DNA from: Chromatiales bacterium
GTDB lineage: Bacteria > Pseudomonadota > Gammaproteobacteria > SZUA-152
Length of the DNA stretch: 64,000 nucleotides
Assembly (NCBI GenBank): GCA_027010265.1
Contig: JALVCE010000122.1
Location: forward strand, 681 to 64,680
Reading direction: 5' to 3'
This document shows positions 40,152-49,166 of the stretch, one piece after another (positions within the stretch are counted from its first letter, which is position 1; every line of letters begins with the position of its first letter). Made by a program: the position numbers and the translations under genes. The notes under the pieces were generated by a model, which saw only the letters and a program-made list of their open reading frames with translations, was not told the DNA's origin and searched no databases.

Positions 40152-40374
40152 ACCCGACATCACTGCTGTCCTGTTAACTTCAGATTTGTCATCCCGGCGA
40201 ATGCCGGGATCCAGTAGCCTGCTGAAATCACTGGATTCCAGCCTTCGCCGGAATGACGGAAAAAGACCAGCGCTATTCATGTCTCCAGTGCCGCATGGCT
40301 CGCTGTTTTCCCCTTTTTTTCAACAGCTTCGCCAAATCAAAAGGCAAGTTAACGGGACAGCAGTGACCCGACAT
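40152..40374. mobile_element. 205-bp non-autonomous element with 18-bp TIRs and 9-bp direct repeats
   Basis: Direct repeat ACCCGACAT at 40152-40160 and 40366-40374. TIRs are CACTGCTGTCCTGTTAAC (40161-40178) and GTTAACGGGACAGCAGTG (40348-40365). The interior carries the REP pair at 40188-40257. Confidence 0.75.
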
Positions 40375-40414
40375 TAAAGATTGCCAGGTTAATAATCGGA
40401 GGCTCCAAAAGACT

Positions 40415-42139
40415 TTACAGGTCGGCAATCCCCGGATTGTTTGCAATACCCTTGATCTTGGGAAGATTAAGATCGTTGATCTTTACGTTTTCCTTTTCAC
40501 GTATGTATTCCGCCACCACATCCCAGACAGGGCGCCCTTCGCGTGGTTTTTCCACGCTGGCCCAACCGGCTACACGGTATTTCTTGTTGGCTTGCAGCGG
40601 CTTGCCGTCCAGCTCCATGTCGGTGATACGATTGCCGATGGTCTTGGTGGGGTCAATACTGAACTTCAGGCCGCCCACGCGCACCATGTCGCCGCCCTGT
40701 TGATAATAGGGGTCGGCATTGAACAGGTTGTCCGCCACGTCCTCCAGGATCAGCTTGATGGTTTCCCCGGTGGCGCGGTTGAGGGTCACGGTGGGATAGG
40801 TAATGGCGGTTTGGGTCATCACATGTTCGAAGGTGATGGGTTCGCCGGGCAAGACACTAACCCCCCAGCGGAAACCGGGAGAAAAGGCGATTTCGGCATC
40901 CTGTTCTTCCATCAGTGCATCGAGGATCAATTGATCAAAGGATCCGTTGAAATTGCCTCGACGATACAGCAGGTCGTCGGTGGTACCCAATTCTTCCTCC
41001 AGCTCTTCCTTGAAGGGTTCGCGCACCTTATCGATGTATTTGGCCATGGCGGCATCGGGCTCCAGCAAGTTGGCGAAGATGGGCAGCAGGCTGTAACGGT
41101 AGCCGCGTATCTTGCCCTTGCGCACATCAAAGTCCAGCACGCTGAGGAATTTGCCATTGGAGCCGGAGTTGATCACCAGGGTGATGCCACCGGGATTTTT
41201 TACTTCCACGGGTTTGGGTACCGCGTCGTGGGTGTGACCGCCCATGATGGCGTCGACGCCACGTATGCGGCCGGCCATCTTCAGATCCACATCCATACCG
41301 TTGTGTGAGAGCACGATGACGACTTGTGCGCCAGCCTCGCGGGCGGCGTCCACGGTTTGCTGCATCTTGTCTTCACGAATGCCGAAGCTCCACTCGGGCA
41401 CCATGTATCGTGGATTGGCGATTGGCGTGTATGGGAAGGCCTGACCAATAATGGCGGTGGGTACGCCATTGATTTCTTTCATGGTGTATGGTTTGAAGAC
41501 ATCCTCTTCCCATTGGCTGTCGATGATATTCTGGGCAACGAAATCCATGTGCCCGGTGAGATCCTTCTCAATAATCTCTTTGACGCGGTCTGCACCGAAG
41601 GTAAATTCCCAGTGGCCGGTCATGACATCCACACCCAGCAACTTGGTGGCGTCCACCATGTCCTGTCCATTGGTCCACAGCGAGGTGGCGGATCCTTGCC
41701 AGGTATCGCCGCCATCCAGCAACAGTGCTCCCGGGCGTTGTGCACGCAAATGTTTTACCAGGGTGGACATGTGCGCAAAGCCGCCCACTTTACCGTATTT
41801 CTTGGCGGCTTCCACAAAGTTCAGGTAGGTAAAGGCATAGGCCTCGGGTGTATTGGGATTGATGCCGTACTTGGCGAGAAAATACTTGCCCACCAGGTGT
41901 GGGGGATTACCTTTCATGCTGGCAATGCCGATGTTGATGTTGGGTTCGCGGAACCAGATGGGCATGAGCTGGGCATGACAATCGGTAAAGTGTAGGAAAG
42001 ATACATTACCGTATCGTGGGACATCATATAATTTTGACTTGGCATCCTGGCCTCTGGCCATGACCTGGCCGGGCAGTTGGACACCGGCAGCACTGGCCAC
42101 GGCCAGCATCTGCAGAAATTCTCGACGGGAGATGTTCAT
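40415..42139 (-). CDS. soxB: thiosulfohydrolase SoxB
   Basis: Tat signal SRREFLQ and a dinuclear metallophosphoesterase/5'-nucleotidase-like body (HFTDCHAQ, GGDTWQGS, GHTHD). Confidence 0.95.
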   Translation of the reverse strand: MNISRREFLQMLAVASAAGVQLPGQVMARGQDAKSKLYDVPRYGNVSFLHFTDCHAQLMPIWFREPNINIGIASMKGNPPHLVGKYFLAKYGINPNTPEAYAFTYLNFVEAAKKYGKVGGFAHMSTLVKHLRAQRPGALLLDGGDTWQGSATSLWTNGQDMVDATKLLGVDVMTGHWEFTFGADRVKEIIEKDLTGHMDFVAQNIIDSQWEEDVFKPYTMKEINGVPTAIIGQAFPYTPIANPRYMVPEWSFGIREDKMQQTVDAAREAGAQVVIVLSHNGMDVDLKMAGRIRGVDAIMGGHTHDAVPKPVEVKNPGGITLVINSGSNGKFLSVLDFDVRKGKIRGYRYSLLPIFANLLEPDAAMAKYIDKVREPFKEELEEELGTTDDLLYRRGNFNGSFDQLILDALMEEQDAEIAFSPGFRWGVSVLPGEPITFEHVMTQTAITYPTVTLNRATGETIKLILEDVADNLFNADPYYQQGGDMVRVGGLKFSIDPTKTIGNRITDMELDGKPLQANKKYRVAGWASVEKPREGRPVWDVVAEYIREKENVKINDLNLPKIKGIANNPGIADL

Positions 42140-42424
42140 TCAAAAGCTCCTGGGACTTGATGTTGTATTTTTTTACCGACGCGTTTGGTGCTGTGTGCGG
42201 CGGCGGATCAATAGGGGGTACCCGGTCTATCTGGCCTGTAAAGGGGCTTCCTGCGGCACGATTCAGGTGCGAAATCAAAGGCGTATTCTACATAAAAACC
42301 AGCGATGAATGCTTACCACTTAAGGGGTAGTTACTGGTTTGTATCTGCTTGCAATTTACTTGTATTAAGGCGTTTAATACATTTTTTTGAATAACCGGGA
42401 TTCGCTTATGAGCATAAAAGAAAA

Positions 42425-42453
42425 GGCCCGGTGAGAGACTTACTCACCGGGCC
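42425..42453 (-). terminator. hairpin terminator between soxA and soxB
   Basis: GGCCCGGTGAG-7 nt-CTCACCGGGCC, flanked by A4 and T6. Confidence 0.6.
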
Positions 42454-42494
42454 TTTTTTACACGTTATAAAACGTTTTTCGAGTCACGCGTCTG

Positions 42495-43328
42495 TTACTT
42501 GCGCGCGCCCGGGCCGTTCCAGGGAATACCGTTGCTCATGTAGGTGAGGAAGTATTCCAGGTCACGGTATTGCTTGCTCTGAGCCTTGAAGGGCAGTGCT
42601 CGTACCTGCTTGTTACATCCACCGAAGCGACGATGTACGGTGCCCAGTCCACCCCACTTGGAGCGGTATACCGGAAAATGTGACAAGTGACCCAAGGCCG
42701 GTGACAGGATATCCGCACGGATTTTGTTACCGGAGTTGTCCACATGGCAATGTGCACAGGACATGTTCAACTGACCACGGCGGGCATAGTAGAAATGCTT
42801 GCCGTGTTCATAGGCGTCCAGTGCACGCTGATCATGTGGAATCTTGATGTCAATAGTCTGACCGCGAGTGGTAAAGGCCATATAGGCAGAGATGGAAGCC
42901 AGTTTGCCCTTCTTCCATTTCAGCGGCTTCTCACCATTCTTGGTGCGGCACTCGTTGATGGCGGACTCCAGGGTTTCCACGCGACCTTTTTCCGTATCGT
43001 AGTAGGGGTAGTCTCCCTTTACACCGATACCGCCGTTACGAAAACAACTGGCGTAGGTTTTGCCATTCTTGAAAGGCGTGTTGAATAATTCTTCGCCTTC
43101 CTCGATGGCGATCTCATAGGGCGGGAATTCCTCAATGGCTTCCCATTGCTCACGAGAGGCGGGATCAATGGCATAAACACCATTGGCAAACTCCTCGAGG
43201 GGAACGTTGGGAAAACGTTCCATGAAATACCCCCTGAATGCCTTCAGATCATCTTCAGGACTCGCTTGACTGACCAGCGGTGCGCCGAGGGCGCTGACTG
43301 CTGCAGTGATCAAAAGCAGTTTTTTCAT
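42495..43328 (-). CDS. soxA: SoxA, single-CXXCH type
   Basis: Signal peptide MKKLLLITAAVSALGAPLVSQA, one CAHCH motif, and a C-terminal RRFGGCNKQ (candidate Cys haem ligand). The track ORF extends to 43559 and overlaps soxZ. Confidence 0.9.
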   Translation of the reverse strand: MKKLLLITAAVSALGAPLVSQASPEDDLKAFRGYFMERFPNVPLEEFANGVYAIDPASREQWEAIEEFPPYEIAIEEGEELFNTPFKNGKTYASCFRNGGIGVKGDYPYYDTEKGRVETLESAINECRTKNGEKPLKWKKGKLASISAYMAFTTRGQTIDIKIPHDQRALDAYEHGKHFYYARRGQLNMSCAHCHVDNSGNKIRADILSPALGHLSHFPVYRSKWGGLGTVHRRFGGCNKQVRALPFKAQSKQYRDLEYFLTYMSNGIPWNGPGARK

Positions 43329-43392
43329 TATTGCTCCTCCGTCCGTCTGTTGCTGTAGCTGTGGGGCAGCAGGCAACAGTTTTATTATTTGG

Positions 43393-43710
43393 TTAGCCAA
43401 TCTTTGCTTCAGCAGAGGCGGTACTGCCTTTGTTGTCGCTCCAGCTAATCTTGACCATGTCACCCTTTGCGGCACCCTTGAACTTGAAGGACAAGTAGGG
43501 ATTTTTGGAAACGGCGACACTCCAGTTGGCCACCAGAACCTTGTTTCCTTTGTGCTCACAAATAACTTCCTTGATGAAGTGGGCAGGGATTTTCTTCCCG
43601 GTCTTTTTGTTCTTGCGTAGGCCAGTTTCCATCGGGTGACTCATCAAGGCCTTGACCTCCGCGACGTCGCCCTTCAACTTGGCTCGGATACGAATTTTCT
43701 TCTTAGCCAT
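43393..43710 (-). CDS. soxZ: SoxZ sulfur-carrier partner
   Basis: 105 aa with a SoxZ-like sequence: IRIRAKL..V.ALM.HPMETG ... PYLSFKF. Confidence 0.9.
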   Translation of the reverse strand: MAKKKIRIRAKLKGDVAEVKALMSHPMETGLRKNKKTGKKIPAHFIKEVICEHKGNKVLVANWSVAVSKNPYLSFKFKGAAKGDMVKISWSDNKGSTASAEAKIG

Positions 43711-43753
43711 TCTCTTTTCCTCTAGTGATTAAGTGGTAACAAGTAGCTTGGGC

Positions 43754-44215
43754 TTAACCGCCGCAGCCACCGATGGTGACTTTGACTGTCTTTTTCGCGC
43801 TGTGCAGTTTGCCGCCGGATTTGACCACTGCGATCAAGTCCGAGGTTTTGCCCATTTTTACGCGGGTCGAGACAAATCCCAATGTGTTACTACCCAAGTC
43901 GAATGAACAGGCCAGGGGTGAAGGGTTTTTGGCGATGACGACGCTGATAGAGTCAGCTTTCATGTCAGTGGACACTGTGATGGGTACCACAGCGCCATTT
44001 TCGGCAATGTCCGGAGCCTTAATCTTGATGTCGCCGCTCTCGGAAAGATCGCTTGTGCCCAGCAGTGCATTAAGTGCGTCATCCACGGTCTTGGCCTTGA
44101 AGGCCTTTTCTGGCCAAGCGGCCAGAACCATACGGGGCGCCAGCAAGCCAGCACTTGCGGCAACGCCAAGCATTCCACCGGCGACAGTGCCTTTTAGGAA
44201 GGTTCTACGTTTCAT
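43754..44215 (-). CDS. soxY: SoxY sulfur-carrier protein
   Basis: Tat signal RRTFLK and the C-terminal GGCGG swinging-arm motif. Confidence 0.95.
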   Translation of the reverse strand: MKRRTFLKGTVAGGMLGVAASAGLLAPRMVLAAWPEKAFKAKTVDDALNALLGTSDLSESGDIKIKAPDIAENGAVVPITVSTDMKADSISVVIAKNPSPLACSFDLGSNTLGFVSTRVKMGKTSDLIAVVKSGGKLHSAKKTVKVTIGGCGG

Positions 44216-44276
44216 GATGATGATGTCTCCTTCTAGCTTTTTGAAATTTGTTTTGTGACCGTCACTTTTGTGCCCG

Positions 44277-44651
44277 TTACAAGGAGTAGATGAACTCTAC
44301 GACCTTGTCCAACTCACTCTTACTGAGGATCTTATGCTTGCCGAAAGGAGGCATAATGGTGTTGGGGCTGGTGACAGTGGCGTCGTAGATTTTGGCGCGC
44401 AATTTGGCTTTGTCGGGATACCGGGCCTTCATGTTCACCAGTGCTGGCCCGATGTTTCCAGGCAGAGAGCCGCCGGCAATCTTGTGGCAGGCCAGGCAGT
44501 TGCCCTTCTTGCGATGAAAGGCGATTTTCTTGCCTTCCTCGATATCTGACGCGCCTGCTGCACTGGCAATACTCGGAGCAAATGAGAAACTTCCCATTAC
44601 AATGGCCAGGGCGCCGGCTGCCGCTAGGGTGCTACTCGCGGTTTTCCGCAT
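44277..44651 (-). CDS. soxX: SoxX monohaem cytochrome c
   Basis: Signal peptide, a single CLACH, and MPPFG. ATG 44651 lies 8 nt after AAGGAGG; the track start at 44669 is a TTG within that SD region. Confidence 0.85.
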   Translation of the reverse strand: MRKTASSTLAAAGALAIVMGSFSFAPSIASAAGASDIEEGKKIAFHRKKGNCLACHKIAGGSLPGNIGPALVNMKARYPDKAKLRAKIYDATVTSPNTIMPPFGKHKILSKSELDKVVEFIYSL

Positions 44652-44847
44652 CGCTGCTTCCTCCTTCAACTGTTTAAGTTATTGTCTGTTATATTATTTT
44701 CTGCTGCTTTTCAGCAGAGCCACCGGGCCCCATGGAACCGTAGGTGACATCGCTTCTCAGTCGATTGGTTGGCTGAATCACAATAAACGCTCAACTTTTA
44801 TAACACATTGGCCGCGGGCACAACCAGCAGAACGAAAAAAATCCGAT

Positions 44848-46374
44848 TTACGGGGAATACGTCAAAAAAACGTTGTGCTTGTATTGTTCGCTGGATTGTT
44901 CTGCAATCGCCTGCTCATGCGCGAGTATCTCTTTTTTCAGCATCTCCTGCCGGGCTTGCAGGGAGAGCCGGTCGTAGGGTTCCAGTCCCGGGGTATCAAG
45001 GGCCTGCTGAAGATAGTCGACGGCCTGATAGAAATTGCCCTGTGAGGACTGCCACTCGGCCAGGGCCCGGTAGGCTTCGGCTTTTTTGCCGAGGGCATTG
45101 GCGGCTTTGGCATAGAGGGGGTACAGGCGGTAATGCTCCGGATACTTGCGCAGGGTGGTTTTGAGGAGTTCCTGAGTGGCTTCCGCCTGGTTGAGGCGCA
45201 ACAGGGTTTCTGCTAGTTGCTCGGTTAGGGCGAGATTGCCGGGGAACACCCGCAGGGATTGTTGCAGCAGGCGTTTTGCCTCCTGCGGCTGGTTATCGGC
45301 CAGCTCAACCTGTGCCGCGCTGAAGGGATACAACACGCGGTGGGGGCTGGTGCGGATGAGTGTGTTGAGGATTTTCCTGGCAGTGGGGTAGTCTTCTTTC
45401 CGTGCGGCCTCAAGCGCGCGCAGGTAATCCCGCGCCTCCGCGGACCAAGTGGTTGTTGTCAGCGCTGAGGGCGTTGTCGTGCTGTGGCTTTGTTCATTCA
45501 TCACCTGCATGCGCGCCTGCAGTAATTCAAAGGATGTGTTGTCATTCTGGCGACCTGGTGGATATTGGGCCGCACGATTACGTGCGTCGGCAATACGTCC
45601 CAGGGTCAGGGGGTGGGTGCGCATGAACTCCGGTGCCACGGACTCCATAAGACGTTGGTTGTTTTGTAATTTTTCGAAAAAGGCCACCATTGCACGGGGG
45701 TCATAGCCGGCCTTTACCATGAGTTCCAGCCCCAGATTATCCGCCTCTTGCTCATTGCTGCGGGAGAAGGTGAGTTGTTGTTGTGCGTTGTTGGCCACGC
45801 TGGACGCCAGCATGGCCTGGCCGACCTGCGGGTTGTTGGCGCCTAATATGATGGCGGCGATGATGGCACCCATGGTGGGCAGATTCATACGGCGGTTGGC
45901 CTCGAAGGCGCGCACCAAATGACGCTGGGTGACATGGGCAATTTCGTGAGCCAGTACGGAGACCAACTCGGCTTCGCTGCGGGCGTTGAGTATGAGTCCG
46001 GTATGGATCCCAATATAGCCGCCGGGACCGGCAAAGGCGTTGATGGCCGGGTCGTCTACCAGGAACACGGTTAGTGGAACGGTGTTTTCTGGTATGGCGC
46101 CGACCAGCCGGTCTGCAAGTCCTTGCAGGTAGGCGACGCTCGGTGGGTCGTTTACCAGTTTCAGACCTTGTTGCACGCTGCGCATGAATTCCTTGCCCAG
46201 TTGTTGTTCTTCACGGGGGGAGAGTACGGCAGCGCCTACTTTGCCGATGTCCGGTAACTGGGTCGACAGATCGCCGGCCAGGGCGTCGGGCGCAAGGCAC
46301 AGCTTGCTCAGTAGAAGACTGGCCAGCATCAGGCCCCTAAAGTGCGGGGAGAATGGATTGAACGAATATGTCAC
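44848..46374 (-). CDS. M48 metalloprotease with TPR domain (BepA/YfgC-like)
   Basis: Signal peptide, the HEIAHVTQRH zinc motif, and C-terminal TPR repeats. Confidence 0.85.
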   Translation of the reverse strand: MTYSFNPFSPHFRGLMLASLLLSKLCLAPDALAGDLSTQLPDIGKVGAAVLSPREEQQLGKEFMRSVQQGLKLVNDPPSVAYLQGLADRLVGAIPENTVPLTVFLVDDPAINAFAGPGGYIGIHTGLILNARSEAELVSVLAHEIAHVTQRHLVRAFEANRRMNLPTMGAIIAAIILGANNPQVGQAMLASSVANNAQQQLTFSRSNEQEADNLGLELMVKAGYDPRAMVAFFEKLQNNQRLMESVAPEFMRTHPLTLGRIADARNRAAQYPPGRQNDNTSFELLQARMQVMNEQSHSTTTPSALTTTTWSAEARDYLRALEAARKEDYPTARKILNTLIRTSPHRVLYPFSAAQVELADNQPQEAKRLLQQSLRVFPGNLALTEQLAETLLRLNQAEATQELLKTTLRKYPEHYRLYPLYAKAANALGKKAEAYRALAEWQSSQGNFYQAVDYLQQALDTPGLEPYDRLSLQARQEMLKKEILAHEQAIAEQSSEQYKHNVFLTYSP

Positions 46375-46711
46375 GCGACGGTATGGCAGAGTGAGAGTGG
46401 TTTGGCCCGGGTGTCAGTCAGCGCAGTGTAACGTTTCGGACGCTGAACAAACAATAATCAGTATAGGCATGGGACAGGTGGGCAAGGGGCTTAGTTCGCG
46501 GTTTTGCCCCCCTTTTGTATTCTGGCCGCTGGAGAGGTGGTTGCGTCCTGACCACAGCCAGCTACAGTAATCGCCAGGGGTTGTGTCAAAACCCGGTACT
46601 GGTGGGTTGCTTTTTCGCCAGTATTGGAATATAAGTGGACAATTGTATGCTAATACACTGTGCGAAGTCGTATTTTTACCTGTCTAATTTAACATTCTAA
46701 GGAGCTTACCA

Positions 46712-46942
46712 ATGGCAAATTTTGATCAAGAGCTGGACGCATCGGGCCTGAACTGTCCCCTCCCCATTCTGCGTGCGAAAAAGGCGCTGGGTGGCATGAG
46801 CGCCGGCCAGGTGCTGCACATTATTGCCACCGATCCCGGTGCTGTGAAAGACTTCGAGGCCTTTGCCAAACAGACCGGCAATGAGTTGGTGGAGTCACGC
46901 GAAGAGGGTGGCAAGTTCTTCTTTCTGATGAAAAAGAACTAA
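46712..46942 (+). CDS. tusA: TusA-like sulfurtransferase
   Basis: 76 aa with the LDASGLNCPLPILRAKKAL active-site Cys motif. AAGGAG lies upstream. Confidence 0.9.
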   Translation: MANFDQELDASGLNCPLPILRAKKALGGMSAGQVLHIIATDPGAVKDFEAFAKQTGNELVESREEGGKFFFLMKKN

Positions 46943-46971
46943 TCTGTTTGCCATAGCTACGCAGGAGGTGT

Positions 46972-47445
46972 GTGATGTCCGATGAAAAGAAACTGGCAAT
47001 TATTGCAACCAAGGGTTCGCTGGACTGGGCGTATCCCCCGTTCATCCTCGCCTCCACGGCGGCGGCTCTGGGCTACGAGGTTCAGATTTTCTGTACCTTT
47101 TACGGTTTACAGTTGCTCCGCAAGAAGATGGATTTGAAGGTGACGTCACTGGGCAACCCCGGCATGCCCATGCCCATGCCCATGCCGGTCATGTTGCAGG
47201 CCCTGCCAGGTATGCAGTCCATGATGACGGTGATGATGAAACAAAAGATGAAATCCAAGGGGGTGGCCAGTCTGGAAGAACTGCGCGAACTGTGTATTGA
47301 GGCGGATGTGAAGCTCATTGCCTGTCAGATGACCGTGGATTTGTTCGAGTTCAGCACCAACGATTTTATCGATGGCATCGAATATGGTGGTGCAGCTACT
47401 TTCTTCGAATTTGCCGGGGAATCGGACGTCTGTTTGTTCATCTGA
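46972..47445 (+). CDS. DsrE/DsrF-like family protein (COG2210 / DsrE3-type)
   Basis: 157 aa: KLAIIATKGSLDWAYPPFILA ... IACQMT (candidate active Cys). Contains a Met/Pro-rich insert, GMPMPMPMPVM. Confidence 0.8.
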   Translation: MMSDEKKLAIIATKGSLDWAYPPFILASTAAALGYEVQIFCTFYGLQLLRKKMDLKVTSLGNPGMPMPMPMPVMLQALPGMQSMMTVMMKQKMKSKGVASLEELRELCIEADVKLIACQMTVDLFEFSTNDFIDGIEYGGAATFFEFAGESDVCLFI

Positions 47446-47470
47446 TTTTTTATTCAAAACCAGTACATGC

Positions 47471-47504
47471 AAAAAAGGGCGACCGCTACGGGTCGCCCTT
47501 TTTT
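47471..47504. terminator. bidirectional rho-independent terminator
   Basis: A6-GGGCGACC-loop-GGTCGCCC-T6, between the convergent dsrE-like and fadL-like genes. Confidence 0.8.
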
Positions 47505-47553
47505 ATGGGCCCTTTTTTATGGGCCATTAGCCTGTGCAACGCGTGGCGACGAC

Positions 47554-48822
47554 TCAAAAGTGAGTGTTGACCCCAAATGCAACGAGATGGGCAGAGAGCT
47601 TGTAAGTGCCATTGAAGGCATCGGTGCCGTTGGGGTCGGTATCCCCAGATCCCAGCCGGGTGAGATAACTGTTGGCCGGGGCATTGATTTCCCGGTCCTC
47701 GGCCTGGACGTACATGTAAGCGAATTCCACGGTCCAGCCGGCCTGTTCATGGGCCAGCCCCAGGCTGAAGGTTTGTCGGTCGTTGCCCGGTACCCGTGCG
47801 GAGAAAAAGTCGTCATTCCCAGGGGTTCCATCGAAGGAGTAACCGAAGCGTAACTGGTCGGTGGACGATAATTCATAGCTTCCTCCCAGTCGGTAGGCCG
47901 TGGCGTCTTTCCAGTCATTTCTGCTGATGATGGGGCTGCTCAGCGGGGGGCTGCTGGAGTGGTTGACCTCGATGGTGTCAAAACTGCTCCAGCCGGTGCG
48001 CTCAACATCCAGCTCCATGGCCAGTCGATCATTGAACTGATAACGCGCGCCCACCTGCAGCAGACTGGGAAAATCGATTTCCGCATCAGCATTGCTGACC
48101 GAGGAGCCAATCAGAGTGCCGTCAACGGTGCCATTGACCTTGACCTTCACGTTGGAACGATAAGACAGCCCCACGCTCCAGTTGTTTTGTGCATGCAGCA
48201 GGCCGATGTTCCAGCCGTAGTCCTGCCCGCTGCCGGAGATGCGGATGGACTGGGTATTGAAGATCAGTTTGCGCACTTGGTAATTGTCGATGCCCAGGGC
48301 GATGCTGGTATTGCCGAAACGATAGGCCACATTGGGGTTGACGTTGAGCATCTCGATCTTGCTGTGTTCGGGCTCCAGAAAGGCAACGCCAAGTGTAGCG
48401 AAGGTATCAAAGGTGCCCGCTTGCCAACGGGTTTCCAGGCCGAAGGGCGCATTGATGCCGACGCCCCATGACCAGTTGTTGTCGATGAGGTTACTGGCGA
48501 ACACATTGGGCACCGCTACAGTTTCTTTGCCCTGGCTGGCTACTGAGGTGCCTCCGTCCGGCGTCACACTGATATCGGGCTGGATGAAAATGGCCCCCAC
48601 CACAAGCTCGCCCTGTGTTTGAAATCCCGTCGCAGCGGGATTGTATGGCAGGGCGCCGGGAGTATCGGGATTAGCGACCATGGCATTGGACATGGCCGTG
48701 CCAGCGGTAGACAGCTCCGGCAGCCGGAAACCGGATGCCAGGGTGGCAGAGGAAAAGCTGGATGAAAACAAGACGCAGGACAGCACAGCGCCTGTTTGCA
48801 GATATGCACGAGTTTTTTTCAT
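47554..48822 (-). CDS. FadL/OmpP1/TodX-family outer-membrane transport protein
   Basis: Signal peptide, the N-terminal hatch motif GFRLPELSTAGTAMSNA..NPA, alternating beta-strand pattern, and a terminal F. Confidence 0.8.
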   Translation of the reverse strand: MKKTRAYLQTGAVLSCVLFSSSFSSATLASGFRLPELSTAGTAMSNAMVANPDTPGALPYNPAATGFQTQGELVVGAIFIQPDISVTPDGGTSVASQGKETVAVPNVFASNLIDNNWSWGVGINAPFGLETRWQAGTFDTFATLGVAFLEPEHSKIEMLNVNPNVAYRFGNTSIALGIDNYQVRKLIFNTQSIRISGSGQDYGWNIGLLHAQNNWSVGLSYRSNVKVKVNGTVDGTLIGSSVSNADAEIDFPSLLQVGARYQFNDRLAMELDVERTGWSSFDTIEVNHSSSPPLSSPIISRNDWKDATAYRLGGSYELSSTDQLRFGYSFDGTPGNDDFFSARVPGNDRQTFSLGLAHEQAGWTVEFAYMYVQAEDREINAPANSYLTRLGSGDTDPNGTDAFNGTYKLSAHLVAFGVNTHF

Positions 48823-49166
48823 GATATTTGTGGTCCGATAAAAGTCATTGGGTTGGCGTTTGTTTCCGCCGTATTAAATCATAAAAAACAAGATGGCGAT
48901 GTGGGTATTTTCGGATGTTTTTGCAGCACATCTTCTTATTGCCAATTACTGAGTTACTAAAAATAAGCAGATAATAATATTCTAAACAATATAACTAATA
49001 AATCGTTTATACGCTTATATAATAATTCGAGTATATTTAACGTTGACAGTGAGTAATATACGCACAGTCTTAAAAGATATAGTTTTAATATTGCTGAGGG
49101 ATGCATACTTGCCGGGATTGGCTTTTTTGATCTAACAAACGTTAATTGAATGTTATGGAGGTGGAT

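Noticed and set aside
40186-40377. 63-aa ORF (MSSRRMPGSSSLLKS...).
   Set aside because: It lies entirely within the TIR-bounded repeat element and is made of REP-unit sequence. Similar pseudo-peptides arise wherever the REP occurs.
43329-43559. N-terminal 77-codon extension of the soxA ORF.
   Set aside because: It overlaps soxZ. The internal MKKLLLITAAVSALGAPLVSQA is a proper signal peptide at a sensible distance after soxZ. The same logic was used to trim the ankyrin (52744-52989), recQ, lptG, mutarotase and rluA-family ORFs.
46440-46540. Possible small RNA or terminator (GGGGC-loop-GCCCC followed by CTTTTG) in the 337-nt region upstream of tusA.
   Set aside because: The stem is only 5-6 bp and I could identify no promoter or conservation evidence. 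The evidence from sequence alone is insufficient.
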